Shown in pieces: positions 38,281-49,849 of a stretch of DNA of 64,000 bases; positions within the stretch are counted from its first letter, which is position 1, and each line of letters starts with the position of its first letter. The translations under genes were made by a program, and so were the position numbers. The stretch is from a virus. Taxonomy: Duplodnaviria > Caudoviricetes. The stretch covers positions 83,320 to 147,319 of IMG/VR virus record IMGVR_UViG_3300021387_001565; one strand, given 5' to 3'. Under the pieces are notes generated by a model. It did no database searches and was not told the DNA's origin. It worked only from the letters and a program-made list of their open reading frames with translations.

Positions 38281-39090
38281 TCAAACGTCAAGCGTGTCAA
38301 AATTCTCAGCAATATCGAGATAAGAGTTCATGTCCTCTTCACTCATATCGTCATCGTCGAATACAGCAGGTGTTTCGTCAAGGCTCGAAGCCGCAATACC
38401 TGCCTCGGCAACCTCATTTGATACAGCCTCAATTCCCTCGTAGGCGGCTTGGGCAGGAACGTCGAATGCGAGTAATAAGCCCTGCAACTCGCCAAGAGTT
38501 CTGTTCTCATTACCGATAATGCTATTCAGCACCTTTTCAACGGTCTCCTCAGCATTATAGGCTTTAACGTCAACCATAAGCTGATTAAGGGCTGATATGT
38601 TGTCTGTGATTGATGACATAACAGTTCTGATTTCCTCGGCTATGCCTGTGCCTGCATTTGCAGGCGCAGTATCAATGTCCGCATCGTCAAGTCCGTCAAG
38701 GTCAACATCGGCTACCTCTTCTTCCTCTGTAGGCTCTGTATCATCCATAAGGAAATCAAGGTCGCTTTCGTCTACGTCTGTGTCGAGCATTGCTTCATCA
38801 CCGATTTCCACGGAAGCCTCAGTGTCCTCTTCGTCCCCGTCGATGTGCTTGTCATCCGCTTCTGTGAGTTGCTTATTATCTAATTCTTCATCAATCAACT
38901 CAACATCCTTATGCACATCAGCAATATCAGATTTGTTGGTGACAGCACTTGTAGCAGGAGTAGCCGCGCTCTCACCTGCAACGGGGGCTATCTCTTCGGA
39001 CAGTTTAGCCTGTCTGTTTGTGTTCCTGTCAACATCCTCATGGAGTGGTGTCGGCACGTATGTTTCCTGTAATCTAAATTTCATTTCCAT
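38281..39090 (-). CDS. Acidic prohead-core/internal protein candidate
   Basis: MKFRLQET, LHED, LTEA; very acidic. Confidence 0.7.
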   Translation of the reverse strand: MEMKFRLQETYVPTPLHEDVDRNTNRQAKLSEEIAPVAGESAATPATSAVTNKSDIADVHKDVELIDEELDNKQLTEADDKHIDGDEEDTEASVEIGDEAMLDTDVDESDLDFLMDDTEPTEEEEVADVDLDGLDDADIDTAPANAGTGIAEEIRTVMSSITDNISALNQLMVDVKAYNAEETVEKVLNSIIGNENRTLGELQGLLLAFDVPAQAAYEGIEAVSNEVAEAGIAASSLDETPAVFDDDDMSEEDMNSYLDIAENFDTLDV

Positions 39091-39095
39091 TCACC

Positions 39096-39845
39096 TCACG
39101 CATAAACCATACCAAGAGTGATGGCGGTATCGTGTCCAACTATGCCGTCAACGGTAAGTTTGTTTTTATTCTGAAAATCCTTTACTGCCGCTTCGGTCTT
39201 ATGACCAAATTCACCGTCAACCACAAGACCGCTGTTGAGAAGTTCATTTAATCTTGCCTGTAAAGCCTTGACATCTGCTGTACGTCCTTTAGCGTTGGAA
39301 CGCTTCAAGATACTCTGTAACCAATAGATAGTATTGATTACCGTAGCAGTGTGATGTCCTTCACGAAGCAGGATATCACCTCTTACTAACTTATCATACT
39401 TTTTTGTGTATGCGGCGGAAGAGTATATCTTAAAGCCCTTTGTAGCAGTATAACGGGATTTCATGTTACCTGTGTACGTATCCTTGGGGATAGCATATCC
39501 TGCATAATTAGACGCGATAGACACTAACTGCGAGCAATCACAATTGGCATCCTTGTCAAGCAGAGACAGGTCAAAACATTTCTTGCACACAATATCCCAA
39601 GCGGAATATCTGTCGGGCTGTGAGTAACCTAAGTGCGGGTTTCTTGCGCCGTACTCAGCATCTGTAGCAATAAGATTACGATTAACTTCATTCTTCGCTC
39701 TCAGTACATAGTCCCAACCATCACCGCTGAGATACCAAGACTGCAACCTCACCTCTTTTCCTGTTTGGTCACCACGCTTACCATCGGTAGTTCCGTTCTC
39801 ACTACCTACTGCATGGGCAAGTGTAACTCTGTAATTAGGGTTCAT
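39096..39845 (-). CDS. Endolysin: Cys/His peptidase (NlpC/P60-CHAP-like) plus peptidoglycan-binding domain
   Basis: GYSQ..R, NCDCSQLV, GDILLREGHHTA; VDGEFG..TEAAVKDFQ...LTVDGIVG. Confidence 0.9.
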   Translation of the reverse strand: MNPNYRVTLAHAVGSENGTTDGKRGDQTGKEVRLQSWYLSGDGWDYVLRAKNEVNRNLIATDAEYGARNPHLGYSQPDRYSAWDIVCKKCFDLSLLDKDANCDCSQLVSIASNYAGYAIPKDTYTGNMKSRYTATKGFKIYSSAAYTKKYDKLVRGDILLREGHHTATVINTIYWLQSILKRSNAKGRTADVKALQARLNELLNSGLVVDGEFGHKTEAAVKDFQNKNKLTVDGIVGHDTAITLGMVYA

Positions 39846-39852
39846 GTGTCGT

Positions 39853-40854
39853 TCACCTCTTTCTCATCTGTCGCATAATCTGTTCATTCAAGTTCGGCTT
39901 ATGTGATGCCTTGTCCTTATTTTCCTGCAATCCTACAGGACGTGTAAGTGACTTCATGCGTCGATGTGTAAAGGACTCATAACCATTGTAGCTTGCGACC
40001 GCTTTGAGGTAAGTTTTATCTGTCTCAATGCGGATGTACTGACCATCACCCACATACTTACCTGTCCACTCATAGGCATCTTCATCTACCTTGTGCCAAT
40101 TCTCAGTGTCAGACGTTATATAGTCTTCCAAATCAGCCTTGGCATCTTCATAGGTTGAGTAGCCGTCAGAGTAAGCAGGATACTGCACCTCTACGTAGTA
40201 ACCACCCTCAGCAGGCTCATACACAGCCGATTTATCGTAGAGGGTTACATAGTAAGGATATTGTTCCTTTTCAACGTTCTTGCCGTAATCATCGAACTTA
40301 AACTGAGGAAGCAGTTCCTTCATTTTCTGTTCAAACTTGTCGACCGCACCACGCTCCGTAGTAGAACTGTTCTTCAAGATATTTACGAGGTCGTCAATCT
40401 CCTGCTTCTTTGCACTGAACTCTTTGTCGTACTGCTTGTACTGCTTCTTGGCTTCCTTTCTCCAATAAGGATTGAGGTTGTCCTCGGTCAGAACACGTGC
40501 ATTCTTGGCAGTCGATTTATTCTCTGTAAGGGCTTTGTCGTTTGCCTTTTTCTTGAGCACATAAGTATGGTCAGCCACATACCAATCAGACCCGTCTTCT
40601 TCTACGGTATCCTCTTCGATATCAGTGAGCCGCCAAGCATCATTATCGGCAAAGTAATTACGGATAAGATAATCAGCACGTAAATGGTCGTGCTTCCAAT
40701 CGCCTCGGATACGAAGTGTAAAGGAACTGCTACCGACACCTGCCTCAACATCTTCAAGACCCTCAACATTAACACTACGGTCAATAAGATTGACTATCTG
40801 ATTTGCAAGGTCATACAGTTCTTGTCTACTTGAAATATCACTCATAAGCATCAC
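39853..40854 (-). CDS. Multi-module head cargo candidate
   Basis: ALTEN, VLTED, LQEN, LNEQ with basic linkers. Confidence 0.75.
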   Translation of the reverse strand: MMLMSDISSRQELYDLANQIVNLIDRSVNVEGLEDVEAGVGSSSFTLRIRGDWKHDHLRADYLIRNYFADNDAWRLTDIEEDTVEEDGSDWYVADHTYVLKKKANDKALTENKSTAKNARVLTEDNLNPYWRKEAKKQYKQYDKEFSAKKQEIDDLVNILKNSSTTERGAVDKFEQKMKELLPQFKFDDYGKNVEKEQYPYYVTLYDKSAVYEPAEGGYYVEVQYPAYSDGYSTYEDAKADLEDYITSDTENWHKVDEDAYEWTGKYVGDGQYIRIETDKTYLKAVASYNGYESFTHRRMKSLTRPVGLQENKDKASHKPNLNEQIMRQMRKR

Positions 40855-41372
40855 TCCTTGTAGGCAGAGACTACAATGTAATTACCTTCGGGGTTATCCG
40901 AATTGTAATTGTCATCTGCAAACATGACATTGATGTCATCATCATAAGCCGAGCCTGCAAGTATCTTATAAATCTCTCGCTGTATTTTTATCTTGTTCGG
41001 CTTAGAGTAAATACAGAAGCTCAACTCGACATGGTTGTCATCGTTGGAGATTACTTTGTAATCATCTACATCATCATCAAATAAAGAGGTCAAGGCGGTC
41101 TTTATCTGAGCAAGTTCCTGTGCGGATAAATCCTCGACCAACATGGACTGTTCTGAATAATCAAGTCCGTTAAAACTCTCAGTAAGTTTCTTATTGAGAT
41201 ACTGACGGGTAGCCCTGTAATCGGGATTTCCATTAAGAAACTGCTCGAATGCGAGGCTCTCTTCGGTCGTCCAATTCTGTACGGTGTACAGGTCATTCAA
41301 ACTCTCAACGAACCTATTCTTAACTACTGCATCCCTATCCATAGCAGTCAGCGTTTCGTTTATCTTACTCAT
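40851..41372 (-). CDS. Head cargo candidate
   Basis: MSKINET, FVES, LTES, LVED. Confidence 0.7.
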   Translation of the reverse strand: MSKINETLTAMDRDAVVKNRFVESLNDLYTVQNWTTEESLAFEQFLNGNPDYRATRQYLNKKLTESFNGLDYSEQSMLVEDLSAQELAQIKTALTSLFDDDVDDYKVISNDDNHVELSFCIYSKPNKIKIQREIYKILAGSAYDDDINVMFADDNYNSDNPEGNYIVVSAYKE

Positions 41373-41748
41373 TTGTAGTATCCTCGGTTGATGTTGACTT
41401 CTTGCGTCGCTTCGGTGTAACAGATACCTCTTCTACGCTCTCTACAGGCTCAGAAACGGCTTCTACAGGAGCAGGGGTAGTATCTTCCGTCTGTGTAGCG
41501 TTAAAGTGGTTTACAACGTCCTGTACGTTCTTAAATCGGGTAGGAGCAACCTTATCCCATACTTTATGGATAGCACTCTTATTGATTGCCGTTCCATTGC
41601 CAAACTGCTTGTTAAGTCTGAGGACAAAATCCTCATACGCCCCATCGACACCTGTAGCCGCTGTATAGATAGGGTCAACAAGCAGTTTGATTATTTTACC
41701 GTATTGGTAAATCGGTCCTTGATAACTGTATTTTGATATTTCACCCAT
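41365..41748 (-). CDS. Hypothetical protein
   Basis: AGGAGAG RBS, coupled genes. Confidence 0.7.
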   Translation of the reverse strand: MGEISKYSYQGPIYQYGKIIKLLVDPIYTAATGVDGAYEDFVLRLNKQFGNGTAINKSAIHKVWDKVAPTRFKNVQDVVNHFNATQTEDTTPAPVEAVSEPVESVEEVSVTPKRRKKSTSTEDTTNE

Positions 41749-41759
41749 AGTGTCTCTCC

Positions 41760-41972
41760 TTATCTAAACAGGTACTGACCGTGGATGTAGTCTACCTCAT
41801 CCTTAACTACCTTCTTGGAAGCAGGGGTGGAGACTGTCTTCTTCTCGACTACCTCTTCCTTAACTTCCACGGGAGTCTCTACAGTCTCTGTGTCCTTAAA
41901 CTCAACAGGGGTCTCTACTACTTCTTTAACCTCAGCCTCAACAGCCTTTGTTGTAGTCTTCTTATTAGCCAT
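41760..41972 (-). CDS. Small K/E/V/T-rich protein
   Basis: AAGGAGAG RBS; VETPVE repeat; late motif upstream. Confidence 0.65.
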   Translation of the reverse strand: MANKKTTTKAVEAEVKEVVETPVEFKDTETVETPVEVKEEVVEKKTVSTPASKKVVKDEVDYIHGQYLFR

Positions 41973-42037
41973 ATCTTAATCTCTCCTTAAAAAAGAATTG
42001 TTGGTCGACAGTAACACTATTATATACAATTTCCGTG

Positions 42038-42247
42038 CTACAGTTCGCCTCTTGACCGTTTTCGCTTATACATCTTGGTGATGCACTCTTGTCGGTAAAG
42101 TTCATAGGGGTATTGTTTGTTAAATGCTTCAATGCGCTTTTGCTTTTCTGCTTGACGCTCATTTGTCCAATCAGTGTATTTCTGACAGTCCCCATGGCAA
42201 CCTGCGTGTCTTTCAGTACAACCTTTACACGGAGCTTGTATACTCAT
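42038..42247 (-). CDS. Small Zn-finger-like protein
   Basis: PCKGCTERHAGCHGDC motif. Confidence 0.7.
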   Translation of the reverse strand: MSIQAPCKGCTERHAGCHGDCQKYTDWTNERQAEKQKRIEAFNKQYPYELYRQECITKMYKRKRSRGEL

Positions 42248-42349
42248 AGTGTTTACTATACCTCATTGCTACGTATTGGTGAATACACACCTCTACTATT
42301 ATAATACACTACTAGCGCAAGGATTGTAACAGATTCGGCATAAAACCGC

Positions 42350-42380
42350 AGAAAACCCTCACTTTGCGCGAGGGTTTTCT
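42350..42380 (-). terminator. Terminator after tRNA-like RNA K
   Basis: AGAAAACCCTC...GAGGGTTTTCT. Confidence 0.8.
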
Positions 42381-42410
42381 TACGGGGAGTATACATGAAA
42401 TGACAATCGA

Positions 42411-42535
42411 TGAGTTGAATGGGAATCGAACCCATATCTGTTCGCGGCAGGCAAATATATAGTAATTCGGAGGTCTATAAGTGAGTAACAGTGCCCAACT
42501 AGCCGCAAACTGTTTTGCCATTAAACTATCATCTC
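42411..42535 (-). ncRNA. tRNA-like RNA K (9-bp anticodon stem closing a 53-nt insert)
   Basis: GAGATGA/TCAACTC; GTTT-AATGGCA-AAAC; GTTTGCGGC/GCCGCGAAC; ATGGG-TTCGATT-CCCAT. Confidence 0.85.
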
Positions 42536-42604
42536 GGGGGTAGGGCAGGAGCACAACAACGTCATGCCCCTGCCGATATAGGAGAAAATTCCATGGACAA
42601 GATG

Positions 42605-44509
42605 TTAATCAAATAATGAATCAATCGTGTCTGAAATGGCTTTTGCCAAATCGGATACGCTGTCAACGAACTCACACCCGAAAAGGCATCTTGTCGGAGT
42701 TCCGTACTTCTTGGTGTACTCTTTAAGAAGATTGGTGTAGTCTGTCTCCGCTTTCTTAATCTTCTCTACGAGTTCGTCACGGTCTTTCTGCTTAGACTCT
42801 TCTGCAAGCAGTGCCTGCTCATGTGCAGTAGCCTTAGTCTCATCATTAAACTTCATTCCGTCCTTACAAACGTACCATGTTTCCTTGGTCATCAATTAGT
42901 CCTTCCTTTCAATTGTAGGTTTGATTTTGGTCGTTCATCTCAACCATACTATCTGCCCATGCGATAATCGCAGACGGCATCTCGTCGAAAGATTTGTCAA
43001 ATGGATAGTTGTCAAGCGGCAGGCAGTCATTGAATACGTCTTCCTTAAAATCATAATTCGCAGAAACGTCTTCAACGATGCGGTCAACCTCGGAAAGCAG
43101 GTTTGCGACTTGATACATTCTATCGGCAACTTTCTTACGAGCGTTACGCACATCAGTTGCGAACAACGGACTTGTGTTTTTTGCCATATCAATACCTCAC
43201 TTATTCGGTGTAATCTCAGCATAGCATACTGTAGGAGAAAAATCAACAGATTTAAAAATCTCTTATTTTATTTATACACGAATTTTGTCACGCTTGTTCT
43301 GAGTCGTCAAAATGTTCCCAAGAGTCTAATCCCCATTTAAGATAAGTGTCAAAATCTTTCATGAGGTCTTTGTGCTCAATCCTACGCCATGTATCGTATT
43401 CCCCGACTTTAACCACATCGTATCGGTCTTCTATAAGGGTAAGGAACTCATCCATCATCAAAATAAGATAATCATTATTATGTTGAGCGATGTTTCCGAG
43501 TCTTCGTGCCTGTTCTCTAATACTGTCGATAACAAGCGGGTGACCTTCTTTGGGGATTACACTTTCAAGGTCATGGTTGATACCCCGAACATATTCGTCT
43601 ATATGGTTCATGTTGTTATGTCCTTTCGGCTTTTGCTTCCTGCTCCTTCTTGTACTGAGCATATACGGGATTGATGAGTGCAAGTAACTTCTTAGCCAAT
43701 TCGGGTGTTAACAGGGATGCTTTCCGCAGTTTGTCAAACCTAGTGCCACAGACACGCACAGTAGTAATATCGTCCCACTCTTTTTGGATTTCCTCAGTGT
43801 AGTGTGTGATATAGTGGATGTACCATACCCCACCCTTTGACCGTCCGTTAGACTTAAAAGTGTCTTTGTACTCACTTCCATCCCACTCGATTACCACATC
43901 ACCTCGTTTAGGAGTGATTTTAACTACTGTGGCAATTCGACCAACAGACTCTCGAACGCATACTCTGTCGCCTACTGCGAATGTCTCATTATGAACCATA
44001 ATATTCCCCCTTGTTGATTGTCTTGTTAGCACCTATCGCATCAAAGATTTGCCCCATCCCTGTTCGTTCACCGATGTACGCTAGGGTTTCTCGTTCTATG
44101 CGTACCGTATTACGCTTGCAGGGGTTAGAGCAGTAATCTTTTCTGCGGCACTCTCGACATATCCCGTCAAGTAACCACTGCTCATTGTGCTCGGGTTTAT
44201 ACATAGTCGGTCACCTCATTTAATCGTCATAATCAATCTGTTGCGAAGATAGGCTTTATGACCTTTAAAATATCCTGCACCCCTATAGTTATAACAAGCA
44301 GGTTTAGTGGTGTACTCAAAATCGCCTGTACTAAAAGTTACGACAAATCCCTCGTTTACGAAGTAATTACCTAAGTAACCATCTTCAAGCATGTCCTCTT
44401 GCGTTATACCTTTAGGGCACGCAATGAGTACACTACCCTCATTAACTGCATACTTTAAGGGCTTAATCATATTACCGTACTTAGCAATAAACTTATCAGT
44501 GTTTGTCAT
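42605..44509 (-). other. Six small hypothetical early CDSs (42605, 42909, 43288, 43616, 43989, 44216)
   Basis: Head-to-tail ORFs with RBS; early-type promoters near 43218-43253 and 44547-44583. Confidence 0.7.
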
Positions 44510-44601
44510 GTTGTCGTCCTCTCATATTTATTTGCCTTACATTGATAGTATAACTCATGACAAAAAGAAAAATCAACAGATTTTGTTTTCACTATTTTCT
44601 G

Positions 44602-47600
44602 TCACTCAATTGGTACTCCACAATACGGGCAAAACTCCCAGTCTTCACTAGAAAGATATTCTTTGCAGTTTGGGCAAACAGGATACATTTCTGCCCTATC
44701 ATCATAGTCACTATCTACAAATTCTACAGGCTGTCTTGTTGTTATATGCATAACTGCCTTTTCTTCTGTTTCCGTAAGTGGATATAAACTCGGTAAGGCT
44801 TGCACAATTTCTAATTCCTTAGTCATTAATTTATCATCACGTTTGGCTTCGTACCGTGCGTCCCACCAATCTTTAAAGACACGCATATCCCCATCGCCTG
44901 CAATGCTTGCAAACGTGCAATATCCTAATTCCTCAATAGCCTTTACAAGAAACAATGCTTTTATCACATCACCGTTTGTTGCATTATCGGGAATCAATCT
45001 GAGCACTTTGATTGCCTCATCAAGTGCAGTCTGTACCGTAGTGTTCCATCCAAAATCGTTCTGCATTTCCTGCTTATGCTTAACTAACTCGTTAATTATG
45101 TCTTTCTTTGTCATTCATCTACCTCTTCTTTCGCACTTTCTGCCTTACTTAAGTGTGTTCCACGCACATATATCACAAGCGTGGGGACGTACGCCACCAA
45201 ATACAGCTCTCTCGCACATTTTTCTTTTAGCCTCATCACTGTTTTCTTTTGCTTTTTTCTTATTTGTAAAGAGAGATTTAAACCAAGCAACAATCTTTTC
45301 AAATATATTTAACTCTCTCCTTCTGATTCCTCACTTTCCGTTATGTATATGCCACCAATAGCCTTTAATATATTGATTGCCCTATCTGTTGACATCTTTA
45401 GCAATATTTCTGCCATCCTGCACTTTGCTTTCGCTTCGCTCGGACTTTCCCCCAAGCATATAATGTCTATCATGTATCTGTTCCCCCGCGCTTCTTCGGT
45501 CTTACAAGTGATAAATCAAAGCCACTGTGAATAAATTCGAGTGTCAGTGCATGATTTACTGCGTTACCGAATTGACAAGAACCTTAATGAGTTCCTTTGC
45601 ACAATTCTTTTCCGCACACCCTACAGTTACCACGGGTTATTACTTTAACTTCATAATCCTTGTCTGCTTCGATGATTGGCTCTAATCCACATATTCTGCT
45701 ACCAATTATTTTATAATTGCCGTTCACAATATCTCGTTCATCAAACAATCTGCCGTATCCTTTTGGGAGTGGAGTACCACTAATAATACTGTTATGTATC
45801 TTCGCGAACATAAATATATCAGGCGGATAATTCTTTGCATGTTCTACAAGGTTGTAATAATCTTCTTCATCGATGTTAATCAGTAACTGCATTGTTATCT
45901 CCTTCCTCACTTTCTGCCTTATAAAGCACTTACTCTAATCGCTATTACATCTTCCCACGGGATTGCCTTTGCCTTTTCGTAAAGCATTACTTCTCCCCAC
46001 TCTTCTGCATCATATCCGTAGTAGTTAAGGCAATCCTCGTATTCGTCACCTTCTTTGGTAATATATGCGTTATCATAATTGACTGCGATTGTTTCAATCG
46101 TAGGCTCATATAGATTGCCAACCATATAACCATAATCATCATTTATTCCATCTGTATCTATCATTGCCACTACTCTTAAATCGGGATTGTTTAAAATGAG
46201 TGCTGATAACTTTTCAGCGTACTCTTTATTCTTTTTATTTTCCGTCTTCATTTTGCATCCTCGCTTTCTGCCTTGTAATGCACACAAGGACACCCTGCCC
46301 ACTCTTCACAACCATCTTCATAATTGATACATGGTTTATGCGAACATTCCTGTGGCTCAATATCGCACGCTTCTTCGTAATGTATGCAAGCAATACCTAT
46401 ATCTTTTTGTACTTCACACTCCGCTTGACAATTCAGAAAATCTGTTCCTCTATCGTTATTATTTGCACACTTCGGGCAATGAGTACCCAACCACGCATTG
46501 ATAAGCCTTTCTCTTTCTGCTGTCATTCCTCGTCCTCACTCTCTGCTCTAGCCGCTCTCCACTCTTCAAATGTTGGGTATTGCCTTACTGTTTTGTATTT
46601 TGCGTATACATATTGACCATTTTTTCCCTTACATATTTTTCGTAGCGCAGACCCTAAGCCTGTTTCTATTTCGTATAATGTGTATTCATAAGTATCTTCG
46701 TCTTGTTCCATTAGTTCGATATATTGACCACACGCACTTATAATTCTTTGTATTTCAATGTCTGTTAAAGATATTGTCATTCTTTATTTCTCTCCTTCCT
46801 TCTTTCGTTGCGGATATCCATTTCTCATATCTCGCTACGCATTTCCTCTCCATAAAGAGGATACAATCACCTGTGTCATTTCTAGGCTGTCCGCAAGTCG
46901 CACAACTCTTTTCTTCCATTGTGGAAAGTGGCGTGCCGTTCAAAATCGCATTTCCAATCGAATCGCTTAAATGATATGGCACTCCTTTGTTTATCGATAT
47001 TGCCCGATATTCTTCTTCGTCTATATCAATTACTATTTGCATTTTCTACCTCACTTTCTGCTTTGGAGGGTGAATTCAATTTTCTTGGTGTTGGAATTCT
47101 TCTCACGTATTCCGTACACTCTAATGTAACCTTTACGTATGGATGTGTAGTTTTTATTTCGGTTTCAACAAAACATTCCTTGACTGCGCATACTCTATTA
47201 TGAGCGCAACTATCACAGGGTATTTCGTGTACAAATTCGTTCAGCATCATTTCATTTTTCTTTATACTTGTCGATAATATCAAGTAGGTCATATCTACTT
47301 ACATATTCATCGTATCCATCAGAACCATCCTCTATACTCAGATACTCAAATTTTTCTATCTCTGTCTTTATCTCGTCAAGCACCGAATCAAGTGTAGTAC
47401 CTTTGATAATACTGCTCTGTGCATTGGTGAACATATCAATTGGGTACTGTTTCGATTTCTCTATAAGGTCATAATAATCCTCATCATCTATATCAATCAC
47501 AATTTTCATTCCTTAACCTCACTTTCTGCCTTATTCTCTTTTAACGGACATTTTGGATTCACTTCTTTTCGCCAAGGTTGCACTCCACGTACTGCCTTCG

Positions 47601-48452
47601 GTAGAATTTTGCACCATGAACGAGAAGATACATAGCCAACTGAGACAGTTTTACAATGTTTACAATCACGACACAGTATCATTTATTCTTATCCTCGCTT
47701 TCTGCCTTTGCTACTATGTAACTTGTAGCGAAAGTCGTGTCTGTGACCATTACGAGTATAAACCCTGCGTCTTCAAGTGCTTTCACAACCTCGTTGTTAT
47801 AGTCCACACTCTTTTTTACTAATAAGTCAGCATACTTTGTGTTCATACTTCCTCACTTTCTCTCTTATAAGGTGCATCCCACCACTCTACCGAAAATGAA
47901 ATATCCATGTTGTCCTCGAAGATACGACGAACTGTACTGTCGTATCTCCATTTGGCATTAGGGTATAGGGTCATCATTACAGCCCCATTGGTATCTCCCC
48001 TCTGAATACCAACAAGTCCGATGGCATCATCGGGAATCCTAAACTTAATCGGGCATTTTTCATCCCGTTCTCCCTCGGGAACATTCCAAACTTCTCGGTA
48101 GTTCAAATGGCAATAACTCGTTAGTTCATCGCAACCATCACAGGTTAGATGACAGGTATTGCAACTAACAGGCATTCGTATATCTGCAACGACCATTTAT
48201 TTCACCTCACTCACGAATTTTTGTGTAATTTAGTTCACTATTAACTAAATATACTAACTTTGAGGCTTCTACAAAATGCAGGAGTCCGTCTCGCGGGTCT
48301 ACCGAATTATATGTCGTAGTGTGTCCTGCTTGGTTTGTATTTATAGTCTTGATGTACAGGTTGCCCTCATCTTCAAACGCATCACCCCTAGAAAGTTCCA
48401 TAAACTGTACCTTCTGATACTCAACAACTTTAGTTTTATCTACTACTGTCAT
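44602..48452 (-). other. Dense array of about 14 small hypothetical CDSs with shared junction repeat
   Basis: Overlapping stop/start codons, internal paralogues, repeated AAGGCAGAAAGYGAGG at 3' ends. Confidence 0.75.
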
Positions 48453-49849
48453 GTCAACTACCTAAGACCTAAAGGTCATAGGCTTGTAACTATCCAGTAG
48501 TACTAACGATTTACAAAATCTCCTACCTTTATAACTTATCATAGATAAGTTGATGTTACATCATGGGCGAGTTGACAATCACCCTCGTTTAGAAATATAT
48601 TCCTAAACGACTGTACAAGGTACTGAAGTATTAAGATACTCAATTCCCTTACGATACAGATTCATTGCTCCTACACGGTCATCATTTGATTTATAACCGC
48701 AATTTTTACAAGTAAACAAATGCATTCTCTTATTGCGATTAGATTTCTCAGTATGACCACAGACAGGACAACATTGACTTGTATGCCTCGGATTAACGGT
48801 TATAGTCATGGAATTATGTTTTAAAGATTTATATTCAATTTTCTTTCTTAAATCATAAAATGACCAAGATACCATGACATAACGATTGCGTTTAACAACC
48901 TTTTCCGTGGCATTACGAACACCTGTTAAATCTTCTAAAACAAACAACGAATGCTCAGGATTATTCATAACGAGTGCCTTTGATAAACAATGATTAACAT
49001 CATTCATCCAACGGTTTTCTCGTTGACCTATTGATTTAAGCCTTCGTCTTGAAGAAGATGTTTTGACCTGTTGCAACTGTTTTCTCAAATCCTTATAATG
49101 AGAGTGTTTTTGCTTAATCTTTCTTCCAGAATAAAAAACAGTTTTATGACTTGAGTTATAACTCGTTACAAGAAAATTAACGCCAAGGTCAACACCTACA
49201 ACATTTCTGACTTGAGATGATTTGCATTCATCGATATCACAAGTAACAGGAATGTGTAAGAAAAATTTATCATGTTTATAGACAAGTTTAGCAGTTCCAA
49301 AGCTATAAACAGATTTATCAAAATACTTATCCATTTGATTATCATAATAATCAAATTTCAAACGACCTTGCAACGTATTCACAGAGAATTGCTTAGAAAC
49401 CAAAGAATAATCACGATTCCAAACCAAATCATACGATTGCTTTCTAAAAACAGGTTGAATCCATTCGGATGTAGTTTCGGTAATTGCTCGATAACGAGCA
49501 AGAACCGTCTTAATAACTGATTGTGACATTTGAGATTTCAAACCAAAAGTATCACGTAAATCGTAATATAATACTTTATTTATGGAAAACTGTTGCAAAT
49601 CATGAGTTCTAAAGATATATTGAGAAACATAATTACAAGCATCTGTGTATACTTTCATAACAGATAGCAATGCTTGCTTATATTCAGCAGGAACTATTAT
49701 TTGAATTTTTGCAGTAACAGTATATTCCATAAAGATTACCTTCTTTCACTATTTATTATATCATAGCAAATAGTGAAAGTCAACAACTGATTAATCCTTT
49801 TTCCTCCAATCACCTAAAGGAAATTGGTTTCCAAAAACAGGAGAAAATT
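48453..49849 (-). mobile_element. IS200/IS605-family tnpB-only element, inferred TAM TTCAT
   Basis: Left end after TTCAT (49850-54) with GGAAACC hairpin; right end hairpin then GGTAGTTGAC; AT-rich. Confidence 0.85.
48603..49730 (-). CDS. tnpB: RNA-guided endonuclease TnpB
   Basis: RuvC VGVDLG / VLEDL / DDRVGAMNL; TSQCCPVCG..CKNCG Zn finger. Confidence 0.95.
   Translation of the reverse strand: MEYTVTAKIQIIVPAEYKQALLSVMKVYTDACNYVSQYIFRTHDLQQFSINKVLYYDLRDTFGLKSQMSQSVIKTVLARYRAITETTSEWIQPVFRKQSYDLVWNRDYSLVSKQFSVNTLQGRLKFDYYDNQMDKYFDKSVYSFGTAKLVYKHDKFFLHIPVTCDIDECKSSQVRNVVGVDLGVNFLVTSYNSSHKTVFYSGRKIKQKHSHYKDLRKQLQQVKTSSSRRRLKSIGQRENRWMNDVNHCLSKALVMNNPEHSLFVLEDLTGVRNATEKVVKRNRYVMVSWSFYDLRKKIEYKSLKHNSMTITVNPRHTSQCCPVCGHTEKSNRNKRMHLFTCKNCGYKSNDDRVGAMNLYRKGIEYLNTSVPCTVV

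Noticed and set aside
33669-42535. Canonical or intron-containing tRNA calls
   Set aside because: I could not fold a 5-bp stem with 7-nt anticodon loop in any; inserts are too short for group I introns; no encoded CCA directly after the discriminator where checked
42312-42554. 80-aa ORF
   Set aside because: Overlaps tRNA-like RNA K and its terminator; no RBS
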